DNA from: Octopus vulgaris
Taxonomy: Eukaryota
NCBI GenBank assembly: GCA_951406725.2
Contig: OX597836.1
Span: 30,380,001-30,444,000 of the forward strand
Direction: 5' to 3'
Length of the DNA stretch: 64,000 bases
Part shown: one piece after another, positions 36,384 to 48,720 of the stretch
How the letters are laid out: the number at the start of each line of letters is the position of its first letter
Position numbering within the stretch: the stretch's first letter is position 1
Program-made: the position numbers and the translations under genes
Notes under the pieces: generated by a model
Database searches by the model: none
What the model was told of the DNA's origin: nothing
The model's input: only the letters and a program-made list of their open reading frames with translations

Positions 36384-36660
36384 TCATCATCATCATTGTT
36401 CGACTGTGGTCGAGACAATGGAATTTACCATGCTACGCCAGACTTCACGGTCCATCATGGCATTACGGAGGTCCTGTTGCTGGATGCCTGTATCCCTGGA
36501 GATTACATCAGGGTAGGAGAGTGTGCACCTCTGGTATTGCGGGTAGATGGCTTCCAGAGGAGAAGAGTAGAAATTACCTCTTTTTCAGCTCTACAACAAT
36601 GTCCAGCAAACTGGACTCTCTTACCTTTCACAAGAGATGACACAGGTGGTAGTTTCCCAT
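36384..36660 (-). mobile_element. Second 5'-truncated copy of the RTE/RTE-X-like LINE end, inserted in a family B SINE (~36175-36815)
   Basis: Reverse complement of 15785-16066; candidate TSD CATAAATA at 36374-36381 and 36658-36665. Confidence 0.85.
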
Positions 36661-36963
36661 AAATACACACACACACAATAGGCTTCTATATGGTTTCCAT
36701 ATATCAAATTCATTCACATAGCATGAAGTTATAGTATTTACCCAAGCAGCTGTACAGTAAGACTGAACATGGTTGTAGAATGAGCTTCTTAGCCACACAG
36801 CCATGCCTCTGCCTACAAACGACTTTCAAGTAAAAGGTTTTAGTATCAAAGAATCAAGGGTGGTCTTAGTTAGGTTGAAATTGAAAGGCTTCCAAAGTTA
36901 TTTGGTATGAGGGTCATTTTACACGAATGCAATGAATATTCTCGTGTCTGCATCATAGATCAA

Positions 36964-37175
36964 TCCTTTCGTTAATACGTTTCTGCCAAAATATACTGCC
37001 TTTGGTTTCAATTAATTTAGAAATCAATGAAGAATTTAGTAAAATAACTTTGTTATTTATAAACTGGTATTTGTAACACGAAATTTTGATGAAAGGGTCT
37101 GACTTAAATTACTTTAAATTAGAAAATTCTCTCATAAAACTAGGGCCTGACTCAGGAGGGTTGGTATCAAAAGGG
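36964..37175. mobile_element. piggyBac-type MITE, degenerate
   Basis: Ends GGTATCAAAAGGG-TTAA; body matches the other copies. Confidence 0.7.
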
Positions 37176-37789
37176 TTAAATGGATTCTCATCAGCTTCAA
37201 TGACAAGTGGTCGAGATTTTTAATTGACTGGACAGCCAATTCATTGAATTAGCATGTAAGTGAATGAGCATTCAACAGATACAAATTCACTTAATGTAAT
37301 TAGCAGGTATAATTAGCATGACACATTGTGCATGACAAGGTTCACCCTTTCAATTACAGGAATGGTTTATCTGACAGGCTTTCACACCATTTCTTTGTAC
37401 CCAATTTTACTCACAAGACTTGGACAAAGTGAGGCTATGGTAAAAGACAATCACCCAAGATACTTTGTAGTGAGATTGTACCAAGGATCTCATCATCTCA
37501 AACATGCTTGTGTCTACTCATTGTAACTGTTGAGAATAATATAGCATTGGTACTGGCAGCCAGAAAATGAAAAAAATACAAGTTCTTAGACATTTCTAAA
37601 AAAAAATTTTTTAAATGATGCACCTGTAATATCCAAGATTATTGATGTTGGTCATGAATTGAGCAAATGCATCTGAGCCATAACATCATCAAACCCTGGA
37701 TATTTCTGTCTTGAGACCTAGAACTCACAGGGCCACTTACTTAGTTTCCATGGTATCTAAGTGACCAAGATCACAACATTCTTCTTTAA

Positions 37790-38004
37790 CCCTTTTGTTA
37801 CTGTATTTATTTTAAGATGCTCTGTGTTTCTTTCAATTACTTTAAACAAAGAATTTAGTAAAATAACTTAGTTATCATTAAGCTAGTGTTAGGAATATAA
37901 ATTGTGATTAAGTTTGGTGGAAGATTTTAATTCAAAACTTATGAAAACAAGACATCTGTACTAAAGAGCCAGAGCTGGTTTCAGCTGGGTTGGTAACAAA
38001 AGGG
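37790..38004. mobile_element. piggyBac-type MITE
   Basis: TTAA-CCCTTTTGTTAC...GTAACAAAAGGG-TTAA. Confidence 0.85.
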
Positions 38005-38933
38005 TTAACTAGAAGCCAATCTGTCACAAAGTTACTCATTTACAACTGAGCCAACTGGAGCAATGTAAAATGAAGTGTTTTGCTCAAGAACACAACACAC
38101 TGCTCAGTCTAGGAATCAAAACCATGATCTTGCAATCATGAATGCAGGCGACCTAACTAGACCATGCACCTTGATCCGTTTTTTATTCAAACATATTTAG
38201 ACACACTGTATTTTGGAGTTCATTATACAATGTCCTTTCCTTTCTTTAAGCTAGTAGAATGTAATTTCTAAGAGATTATATATGATGGAAATTGAGTGTC
38301 AATTTTCTTTCAACTATAACCATCCCATCTTAATTTCAAGACAGTAAGATGAAGCTCAAGGAGAAACTGGTTGCTGTTTCTAGTTAGCAGTTGATCTCAA
38401 TGAGGCCCTCTTAGTTCTTGAGATTGTACCTCAATCCGATTTAAAATCAGAGAACATCAAGAAATAATGGCTGATTTGTAAATTTTCAGAAGTAAGTTAT
38501 TGCTTAGCTGATGATCAATTTTAATTACACAGACTTATGATCAAAAGTATTCCCTCTGTGAGCACACCAGCTTTAATCTGGCACAATGTTACATCAGATT
38601 ATTAACCAATACCTTCTCCTTTTCTACAGTGTGATTTATGGAGATTTAGCTACTTTTTTTTGTAGTAGGGTGAATAACATTGTAGACACCTTATTATTGG
38701 ATGTTTGTGGTAAACTGAGGTTAAATTTTGAATCCTCTATAATAATGACAAATGGAGCTCTTACTGATGAAGTGGTTTAATAAGAAGATAAATCTACAAT
38801 AAATAAATTTATTGTTAGGTTAATACAGGTTGAGTAAGCCATTAGGCGAAACTTGAAATCCCAGTTAGTATAAACTTTATTATATATATACTACTCATAG
38901 AAAGTTCTGACAAGAAACCTGTATATCTACATG

Positions 38934-39348
38934 GGATCTTCTCAGTTTGAACGGCAGTTTTTTAGCAGTGACATATGAAATTGTCACCCATAATTATGAC
39001 TTTAGTATCGATCTATTGCATTTCAATCTGTTTTAGGGTTAGGGATAGGGGTGGGGGGAAGGGTATCTTTTTTTCTTCACAAATGTAAATAAACCCAATC
39101 TGTTTCTTAAACGAGGGACATATTCATATGGCACAGAATGTTTTCACCTCAATAGATGTCATTGATTAGTTGAAATTGCAGAAATTGAAGAAAAAAAACA
39201 ACAAATATCTTACAAACCATAGAATTTTCTCAATAAAGCCAAGAGAAAAATAGGTTTTATAAACACATTCTACCAGTATACGAAGTTTAAAAGTGTTTAG
39301 TTACATGGAAATTATTTTAAAAAACTGCCATTCAAACCGAAAAGATCC
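38934..39348. mobile_element. 415-bp MITE with ~29-bp TIRs and 8-bp TSD (Merlin-like)
   Basis: TIR GGATCTTCTCAGTTTGAACGGCAGTTTTT / AAAAACTGCCATTCAAACCGAAAAGATCC; exact TSD TCTACATG at 38926-38933 and 39349-39356; superfamily inferred from GG termini plus 8-bp TSD. Confidence 0.85.
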
Positions 39349-42300
39349 TCTACATGTATACTTATATGTGTATTTAGGATGCTTTAACGTAGATGCTGTA
39401 ACTGGATACAGATTGCAAAACAGCTATCAACATATGAAATAAATATTTTATCTTTCACTTCTCTTTTGATTATTTTCCATATGTACACACACACACACAG
39501 AAAAAGAGAGCCTTTGTGTAGTTTTAATTTTGTGTTGGTTAATAACCTTATATGTGTACAGATGTATGAATATATATATATATATATATATATGGAGAGA
39601 GAGAGAGGTGTGTGTGTGTGTGTATGTATATGTCTAACAAGTGGAAATAAAAGTGAATAGTTAAACCTTGAATCTAGTGACAGTACAAAGAACTTTATAC
39701 TTTTTGAATAAGCAAAAATGTATGTGTGTGTGGGTATGTGCGTGTTTGTGTTGAATGAATATATTACATTACTAACAATGTTCTTGTAGTATGTAATTGG
39801 AGAGCAAACAGTGGAATATGTGAAAACCTATATGCATCAGACATGACACAGAACAAAAGTAAACTGATTAAGGTTGTTTGTGTTTAGCCCCAGGTCAGAC
39901 ATGATCAAAGAAGCCTATAAACAAAGGCAATCCAGCCATAATTATTTCATCATTTTTCTAGATATAGTGTACTCCTCACCACATTATCACGTTATTAAAT
40001 GTGTCATTCAGAAAAACAAAATACAGTAGTGTGGTTTGGGAGGAGGCTTAGTTGCTATTTCTAGCAGGCTGAGCGACTACTTAGTGGCTCCCTTGTTGGC
40101 TGATAGTGATTATTTCTGTTATTGTTATCCTTCTCAAGTTGACCCTGATTAAACACACCAATGAGGAAATGCATTCTAGATAACAATAGCCAGTTTGTGT
40201 GGTTTTTTTTAAAAAAGATAAAATAAAATGGTAGTGTGATTTGAGTGAGATTCTGGTTGCTATTTCTAGTAAGTTGAAAGACCATGTAGATAGAAGCCCT
40301 CTCATTGGGTTTGCTGTGATTGAGGCTGGTTGCAGCTGTAGGATTTTAAACACTTGTAAGGCAGCAGTGTTTCCATTATAGTGCTTCCCTATTGATCACT
40401 ATTCATGTTACATTAACTTTTATGATCTTTCAACTTTGCAAAACCAATTTGTCACACACATATACTCCCTATGTTCTAAAGCATTTTATGATGGCCGGCA
40501 GGTGATTAATTGGATCATCACCACCACCACCACTGCTGCTGCTGCCACCGCTACTTCTACAACTTCAATTTCCAGGTAAGAATAATATGTATGCAACTCG
40601 AGGAATTTATTAGGTTCCAAGATCATCTGGTTTTAGGAATATATCATTCATTCAATTTGCAAATTAGAAAATGTTAGGTGACAACCAAATAGATCAAATG
40701 TCAGTGGTCTTGTTAACCTTTATGAAACTATGCTGCCTGAAACCAGCTCTTCTGGTTCTGTGATATAAAATCCTTCTTTTTCACTCCCCCCACTTTTTTA
40801 AATATCCATATTTAAATTAAAACCTTCCATCGTAATCATATACCAGAAAATCTTTTGTTAAGTAGTAGCTTTTGAAAGATCGATGTCCTGTCCAAGAGGA
40901 AGACTTGTACTCTCATTTATATACCTCAGAAGCTGGTAGAAGTCTTTGCACAAGGTGCCACACATTGGGATTGATTCCAGGGTCAAAATTGTATATCAGT
41001 AAGTATTGGAGAGAGGAGTAAACCAGTGTGTCAAATGAAATACCTTACAGTATTCCAATCTGTGTTGGTTGATTCTCTTTATGTCCAGATTTTGATGAAT
41101 TCAGAAAAGAACTGCCAAAGTTGATGGAGTCTAAAAAATGGATCTTCATCAGTTTCAGTGAAAAGAATCCTGTTTCTTGATCACCTGAATTACTTGCTCA
41201 CTGAATTGGTGTGAAAGGGGTGTCATTAATAACTGTCATTATTAAGCTTAATATAAATTAACATGGAATTTTGGTGGAAGGTTTTAATTTTGTTCGCTTT
41301 CAAACAGAAAGTTTGTATCATGGAAACGGGCAGTTTCAAGCAAGTTGGTATCAAAAGGGTTGAGGTTCGTAACCATTCGACCATGGTTCATTTGGTACTA
41401 GACCACACTGAAAGAATACATTTTAAAATTTTATTTCTATTTTATTGACCATCACAGACTGCATGTTTTTGGCATTGTGTATGTATGTAATAATTAGGAT
41501 GGCGAGTTGACAATTGTTAGCATGCCAGTCAAATCACTTGGGGGCATTTCATCTGTATTTATGCTCTCTGTTTGAATTCTGCCGAGGTGGACTTTCCCTT
41601 TCATCCTTTTGATAAAATAAGTACTAGTTGAACGTTGGTGGTGGATTGGGGGGGGGGGGGGGATCGATTTTCCTCCTTCTACAAAAGTGCTGACCTTGTA
41701 CCAAAATTTGAAACCAATACATATGTAATAATTAAATTATATATCATGCACTTTATAGTGTTTTGTTATGTCTGTGACAAAACTGTCTCATGTGATACCA
41801 GACCATAGTGTGAAAAAAGACTGGGGACCACTGAGTTAAAGAATTTACATTTTTCATTTCAGATTCATCCAAACTAATTTTCACTGTTTATTTCATGAGG
41901 AAAATTTATTGCAAGTTGATATTAGATAAAATAGTTTATATAAATATACTACCTTCATGAAAATGCTTCAGCACAAGATATATAAAAAGAATTTTTCGTT
42001 TACTATTTCAACATATGGGACAGAAATTTAAGATTCCTCATTATAGATTTAACCAAACTTGTTCTTAATGTTTATTTCTGAATGAAAATTTATTGAAATT
42101 TGTCATTTGGTAGAAATCTTATAAAAAATCATCAAGAATATATTTTAAGGTCTGACATTTTCTAAATAAATCAGCAACAATAGATAGTAACTCTTACAGT
42201 ATTTATTGAACTTTACAGAAAAAATAAATAAATAAAAGAGCTAAGTAAATAAAGGAAAAGAGAAACTACAAAAAGAAATATGTCTAAAATAATTATTGTT

Positions 42301-42734
42301 GGTGAAATATTGACAATATATGCAAAACCAAAGTAGAGTGTTCGGAAATGGCAAATGTTCAACTGATTGTGAGAAAATGGTAAAGAATTCTAAAGTTACA
42401 TCTACAGTAAGATTTGATTACCAAGTAAAAATTATTTCTCCTGCTTTACCAACATCACTATCAGCATCATCATCACTTTGCTTCCACTTTTCCAAGTTGC
42501 TATGGGTTGGACAAAAAATGTATTGCATTCTAAGGCAAAGAACATAATCATACATAAGTAAGCTCAGTAATTTTGATGAGCAAAACCAGTGGAATAAAAT
42601 ACCTCATTTAAAAACAAGGGCCTCCAGCTTAGAATACTGCCTCAAGGAGTTTCATTCAATCCATATTAGTATGGAAAGTGAATATAAAAAAAATTACCAA
42701 TTTTGAATTTATAAAATTAATTCAAGTGGAATTT

Positions 42735-43022
42735 CACTAGTGCTGGTGCCAAGTGGAAAGCACCCAGTCCACTCTGTAAAGGGTGTTGGCATTAAGAAGG
42801 GCATTCAGCCTTAAAACCCATGTCAAAACAGACCTCACCAGTACTGGTACCACATCAAAAGCACTCAATCCACTATGTAAAGTGGTTGGCATCAGGAAGG
42901 GCATCCAGCCATACAAACCACGCTAAAATGGACAGTAGAACCTGATATAGTTCTCTGGCTTGCCAGCTCCTGTCAAACTGTCTAATCCATGCCAGCATGG
43001 AAAACAGATGATGATGATGATG
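42735..43022 (+). mobile_element. Family C retroposon with an internal tandem duplication
   Basis: Two copies of CTAGTGCTGGTGCC...CCACTCTGTAAAG.GGTTGGCAT.AGAAGGGCAT.CAGCC; (GAT)n tail. Confidence 0.7.
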
Positions 43023-44779
43023 AAGAAGAAGAACAAGGATCATTCATAAGCTTCTCAACAGAAACATACTTCTGGGGCTTCAATGCACATTTAATTTGCC
43101 CCTGCTACTAAAGAGCTTTTTCCCTAACAAAGAATAATGGCTCCCTCATAGATATGAAGATGAATAGGTGTGCGTGTGTGCACGCATGTGTGTGTACAGG
43201 CAGTTACAGGGGAGGGGTACCCTAAAATTTGTAATGCTAAAAATAAAGACAGCAAGATTGATATAAGTTTTATGGGATACAGTTCTTGATTTTTTTTTTT
43301 TAATATAATTTTCACAAATGACAACTTTCAATAAATTTTCATTGAGAAAATATAAACATTGAAAATGTTTAATTCAATTTAAAATGAGTAATCTGAATTT
43401 CTGTCCTGCATGTTGATAATATTAAAATTAATTCTTTTTATATGTTTTGTGAGGATTTAAAAGAGCTGCAAACATTTTCACAAAGAGAATAAATTTTTAT
43501 ACTATTTTGTAAAATGTCAACCTTCATAAATTTTCATTCAGAAATAAACATTGAAAATTTGTACAGTTAAATTTAAAAATGAGGAATCTAAATTTATTCT
43601 ATAAAACAGTTGCAGCTGAACACTATCTTTTATATGGAAACTGTATTCAATTCAACAATTACACAGGGTCAGAACAAAATGTGTAATATTAAATTTTTAT
43701 AATTTTAGATGCAGGTGTGACTGCGTGGTAAGAAGTTTGCTTCCCAACCACATGGTTTCAGGGTTCAATCCCAATGCATGACATGTTAGGGAAGTGTTTT
43801 CTTTGTTATAGCCCTAAACCCAACCCAAAACCTTGTGGTTTAATTTAGAAGGAAACTGAAAGAGGTGTGTGTGTGTGAGAGAGAGATCTGGTTCAGGAAC
43901 GCTGTGAACAGACTTGGTGTATTTACACCTATTTTGTCTACAGATAGAAACTTTCTCCATGACAAAATACAGTGAAAACATGCCTGGCTATGAGGAAATA
44001 TTACCTTACTTGGAAACAGGTAAGCATTGGCAACAGGAAGAGCATCCAGTTGAAGAAACTCTGCCTCAACAAAAAATTCCATTCAACTCATGCAAGCATG
44101 AAAGAGTGGACATTTTCCCCTTTTGTTACCATATTTCTGTTGAGATATTCTATGTTTACTTCAATTAATTTCAAATATAATGAAAGATTTAACAAACTAG
44201 CTTTGTTACTATTTCAGACCAAAATTTACAGCCAAAAAAGTCAACTTTGGAGAACCAAAGATTTCATGCGAAATCTAACAGGATTTGGAAAGGTAGTGAG
44301 GATGTTTGAATGTTTACACTATATACTCTGCTACAGGACTTGTATGCCATAAAATAAATACAGTAATAAATTCTTTCACATACTTTTTATAGATTAATTT
44401 TACCATGTATGTAGAACCAAAGTTATACAGATCTTAAATTGCATATGGAATTTAAGCAGACAAACCATTTCATCTGCACATCATCATTACTATCATTATC
44501 ACTATGTTCATTGAAGCAAAAAGAGAAGAATTAGTTGTCATGTAAAACCAAAAAGACATGTTAAGCAATGAAATTCTAACATCTGTTTTTCCATGCTTGC
44601 ATGGTTCAAATGGAATTCATTAACACAGATTTTTAATGGCGGGATGTCCTTCTTATTGTCAACGCTGTTTCCAAGCAAGTTAAGTCACTCATGAAGGACA
44701 TGTCTTTACAGAAGATAAGAAACAAACAACACTGTCTCTTTATACCTGTCTTGCAAAGTCAAGACAAGACAAGACACAA

Positions 44780-45914
44780 ACATTATGTCAAGACAAAGGA
44801 CAAACGCGCACACACATATGATAGGCTTCTTTCAGTTTCCATCTACTAAATCCAATCATAAGGCTTTGGTCAGTCTGGGGCTATAGTAGAAGACATGCTC
44901 AAAGCATCACACAGTGGGACTGAACCTGAAGCCATGTGGTTAGAAAACAGACTTTTTACCACACAGTTAAGTCACAGCCGGAATGACTTTGATTATAAGG
45001 TGAACTCAATCAATGTTATATATATACTCACTCTCTCTCTCTTTCTCACATACATGATTGTTTAACATCATCATTTTCCATGCTGGCATGGGTTGGACAG
45101 TTTCGTAAGTGTGTGTATACACACACATAAACACACACTCACTCACTCACCTTCAGTTTCTGTATACCAAATCCATTAAGAAGGCTTTGGCCAGACTATA
45201 GGGCTATAGCAGATGGCACTCACTAAAGGTGCTGTGCAGAGGAACTGAACCTAAAACTCTGCACATAAGAAGCAAAATTCTCAATCAAACACCCATACCT
45301 GCACCTATCAACATCTCATTATAGTCACTTACACCAATGAGGTAACCTTACACATTCACTCAACTTGCTAAAAATAGGAGTAAAATTTCTCCTCAAATCA
45401 CACTCAACCATTTTTTCTTTTAATGGTAAGATACATTAGTTAATATAGTCTTAGATAGATCATCATCACCATTTCAATGTCCACTTTTTCCTGTTTCCAT
45501 GAGCTAGATGGAGCTTACAGAGATAGATTTTTTTACAAGTGGATGCCCTTCCTGTTGCCAACCCTCACCTATCTTCAAGCAAGGTAATATTTCCCCCATG
45601 ACCTGACATGTTATTGCAAAATATTGGAAAGGAATAACACAGTATGACAGTGACAATTATTTTACAGCTATCACATTATGTCAAGACAAAGGACAAACAC
45701 ATACACACACACATGATAGGCTTCTTTCAGTTTCCATCTACTAAATCGACTCATAAGGCTTTGGTCAGCCTGGGGCTATAGTAGAAGACATGCTCATGGT
45801 GTCACACAGTGAGGCTGAACCTGAAACCATGTGGTTAGAAAACAGACTTCTTACCACACAGCCAAAAGTCACAGTTGGAATGACTTTGATTATAAGGTGA
45901 ACTCAATCAACGTT
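44780..45914. repeat. Local direct duplication of ~240 bp (44780-45016 and 45673-45914)
   Basis: Both copies share a family B SINE head plus the non-SINE flank GTCACAG..GGAATGACTTTGATTATAAGGTGAACTCAATCAA. Confidence 0.85.
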
Positions 45915-45993
45915 GACCTCTGTATCATCACCATCATTAGCAGCAGCAGCAGCAGCATAATCACAACAAGAAACAACTAGAAACAAAACTAAA

Positions 45994-46034
<41 letters not shown>

Positions 46035-46390
46035 ATGTACATACATAGAGTCTCAAGTTGGTTCCACTTGCCAGAATACTAATTTGAAATTACTTGACAA
46101 AGATACTCTTCTGAAGATCTCAAAGAACAATAAAAGCATAACGGCAGCTAATATGGAAACTGGCAATCACACTTCTTGAAGTGAAGGAGGAACCAAGAAG
46201 AAGAAGAAGAAGAAGAAAACCATCAACACAAAGAAATAATAACAATGATAATAGAAAGAGTCAAAACTAAACCATACCATAAATGTAAAATAAAACAATT
46301 ACATTTGCTATCAAATATCTCAAAAGCACTTCTAACATGTCAAGATGCTTCATTATCTTTTTATATTCTTTGTATTCCTCATTCTTCATT

Positions 46391-46440
<50 letters not shown>

Positions 46441-46544
46441 TTTGAGAACTACTAACATTCTTCTTTTTTTTTTAAATACTGAATTTCAACATAGCTCGAT
46501 ATCTGACAAGCATATAATAATGACAATAATAGTAAAAAATAATT

Positions 46545-46568
46545 AATAATAATAATAACAACAAAAGC

Positions 46569-46617
<49 letters not shown>
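46545..46617. repeat. (AAT)n microsatellite, followed by a minus-strand family A SINE (46620-46823)
   Basis: Directly visible. Confidence 0.9.
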
Positions 46618-46618
<1 letters not shown>

Positions 46619-47107
46619 TCCTTTCTCCTATAGGCACAAGGCCTGAAACTTGGGGGGGGGGGGGCTAGTTGATTATATTGACCCTCGTACTTATTTTATC
46701 GATCCCAAAAGGATGAAAGGCAAAGTTGACCTTGGGGGAACTTGAACTCAGAACGTAAAGACGGATGACATACTGCTAAGTATTTCATCTGGCATGCCAA
46801 CAATCCTACCAGCTTGCTACCTTAATAATCAAATTTACTATTGTTACTAAATGTGTTAGTGTTATTTAATTTCTGAATGGTTTTGCTGCCGTTTGTTCAT
46901 ATAGCTTGATTTCTTTATTTATCAGTTTCTACTAAGATAGAGACACAAGTAAAATTAATAATAGAGAAACAAAAATAAAACTCTGGAAACAGCAATGCCA
47001 CCATAACATACGTGGAAACCATGAGCGTGCTTTCAAGGGACTTAATCAGAGAAAGACTTGAAAGTGAACATAAGATGGTAATACTTCATGTAAAATAAAG
47101 TAAATAT

Positions 47108-47500
47108 AGGCGTAGGAGTGGCTGTGTGGTAAGTAGCTTGCTAACCAATCACATGGTCCCGGGTTCAGTCCCACTGCGTGGCATCTTGGGCAAGTGTCTT
47201 CTGCTATAGCCCCGGGCCGACCAATGCCTTGTGAGTGGATTTGGTAGACGGAAACTGAAAGAAGCCTGTCGTATATATGTATATATATGTGTGTATGTGT
47301 ATGTGTGTTTATCCCCCTAGCATTGCTTGACAACCGATGCTGGTGTGTTTACGTCCCCGTCACTAAGCGGTTTGGCAAAAGAGACCGATAGAATAAGTAC
47401 TGGGCTTACAAAGAATAAGTCCCGGGGTCGATTTGCTCGACTAAAGGCAGTGCTCCAGCATGGTCACAGTCAAATGACTGAAACAAGTAAAAGAGTAAAG
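47108..47500 (+). mobile_element. SINE family B, full-length young copy
   Basis: GGCGTAGGAGTGGCTGTGTGGTAAG (A box), GGGTTCAGTCCC (B box), internal (TA/TG)n, tail AATGACTGAAACAAGTAAAAGAGTAAAGAG. Confidence 0.9.
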
Positions 47501-47504
47501 AGTA

Positions 47505-47700
47505 TAACAAATAATCCAGAATCCTTGTCCAGTACTGGATCGATTCCAAAATCTAATCAGTTTGTGCCAGTCACAAGGCCAAACATCCTTGAAAGTTTCA
47601 TCCAAATCCATCCAGTGGTTCTTGAGATATCTTGCCCACGGACAAACAAACAAACATTAATGAAAACAATACCCCCACCTTCGCTAAGGCAGAAGTAATA
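47505..47700 (-). mobile_element. Helentron-associated (DINE-1/pearl-like) non-autonomous element fragment
   Basis: Minus strand begins TATTACTTCTGCCTT-AGCG-AAGGTGGGGGTAT (short hairpin), then (GTTT)n GTCCGT and GGATGGATTTGGATGAAACTT core. Confidence 0.65.
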
Positions 47701-48641
47701 ATAACAGTTTTAAATTTTGACACAATGCCAGCAATTTCAAGAGAGGAGTAAGTCAATTACACTGACCCCAGTGCTCAAACTGGTACTCATTTTATCCAGA
47801 ATGATGAAAGGCAAAGCAGACCTCAGTGAAATAATAACAATAACGACAACAACAATAATATGGATGATGATGATGATATATAAAAATAACAACAATAATA
47901 ACAATGAAGGTAAACAGCTACATTGAATACTGATATATTAAATATATTCAAGTGTTAAAAAATATAACCAGTACAAGAATTTTAAACAGCATTTTTATCT
48001 CATAAAAAAAAAACCAGCAAAAAAAGATTATTAGAAAATATATGTAGACAGATAAAAAAATATCTGAAACACTTATGACATAAGAAACAAAGACAGTTAC
48101 TCCCCTTGTTCTCTGTTATCTTTGGAAAGATTTATTAAACTTCAATCAAAATGTGACAATTTAAGTTTATATTTCTTATATACCATCTTGAGATTTTTGA
48201 ACATATATTATTTACAGAAGAAAATATTCTGCAAGCCTTCACATTCAATTTAAATTCACAAAATAATATAATTTCTTTGCTATCTTTTATATTTTGCTTC
48301 TTGCAGTCATTGGATTGTGGCCACCTGGAGCAGCACCTTAAAGAGTTTAGTCAAACAAATTGACAGCAGTACTTATTTTTTCTGTAAGCCTGGTACTTAT
48401 CTTATCAGTCTCTTATGCAAACTCCTAAGTTACAAGAATGTAAACAAACCAACACCAGTTTTCAAGTGGTGGTGTGGGATAAATGGATGGATAGGGACAC
48501 AGTGGCTTCTTTCAGTTTTCAACTACCATATCTACTTGCAAGGTTTGGTTGACCCAGAGCTATAGTAGAAGTCACTTACCCAAGGTGTCACAAAATGAGA
48601 CTGAACCCTGAACCATGGGGACCAAACACAAACACACATAC

Positions 48642-48677
<36 letters not shown>

Positions 48678-48689
48678 ATCATCATCATC

Positions 48690-48720
<31 letters not shown>

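Noticed and set aside
40502-40575. Plus-strand Thr/Ala-rich exon ending CAG|gtaaga
   Set aside because: The body is a trinucleotide microsatellite and the acceptor lacks a pyrimidine tract.
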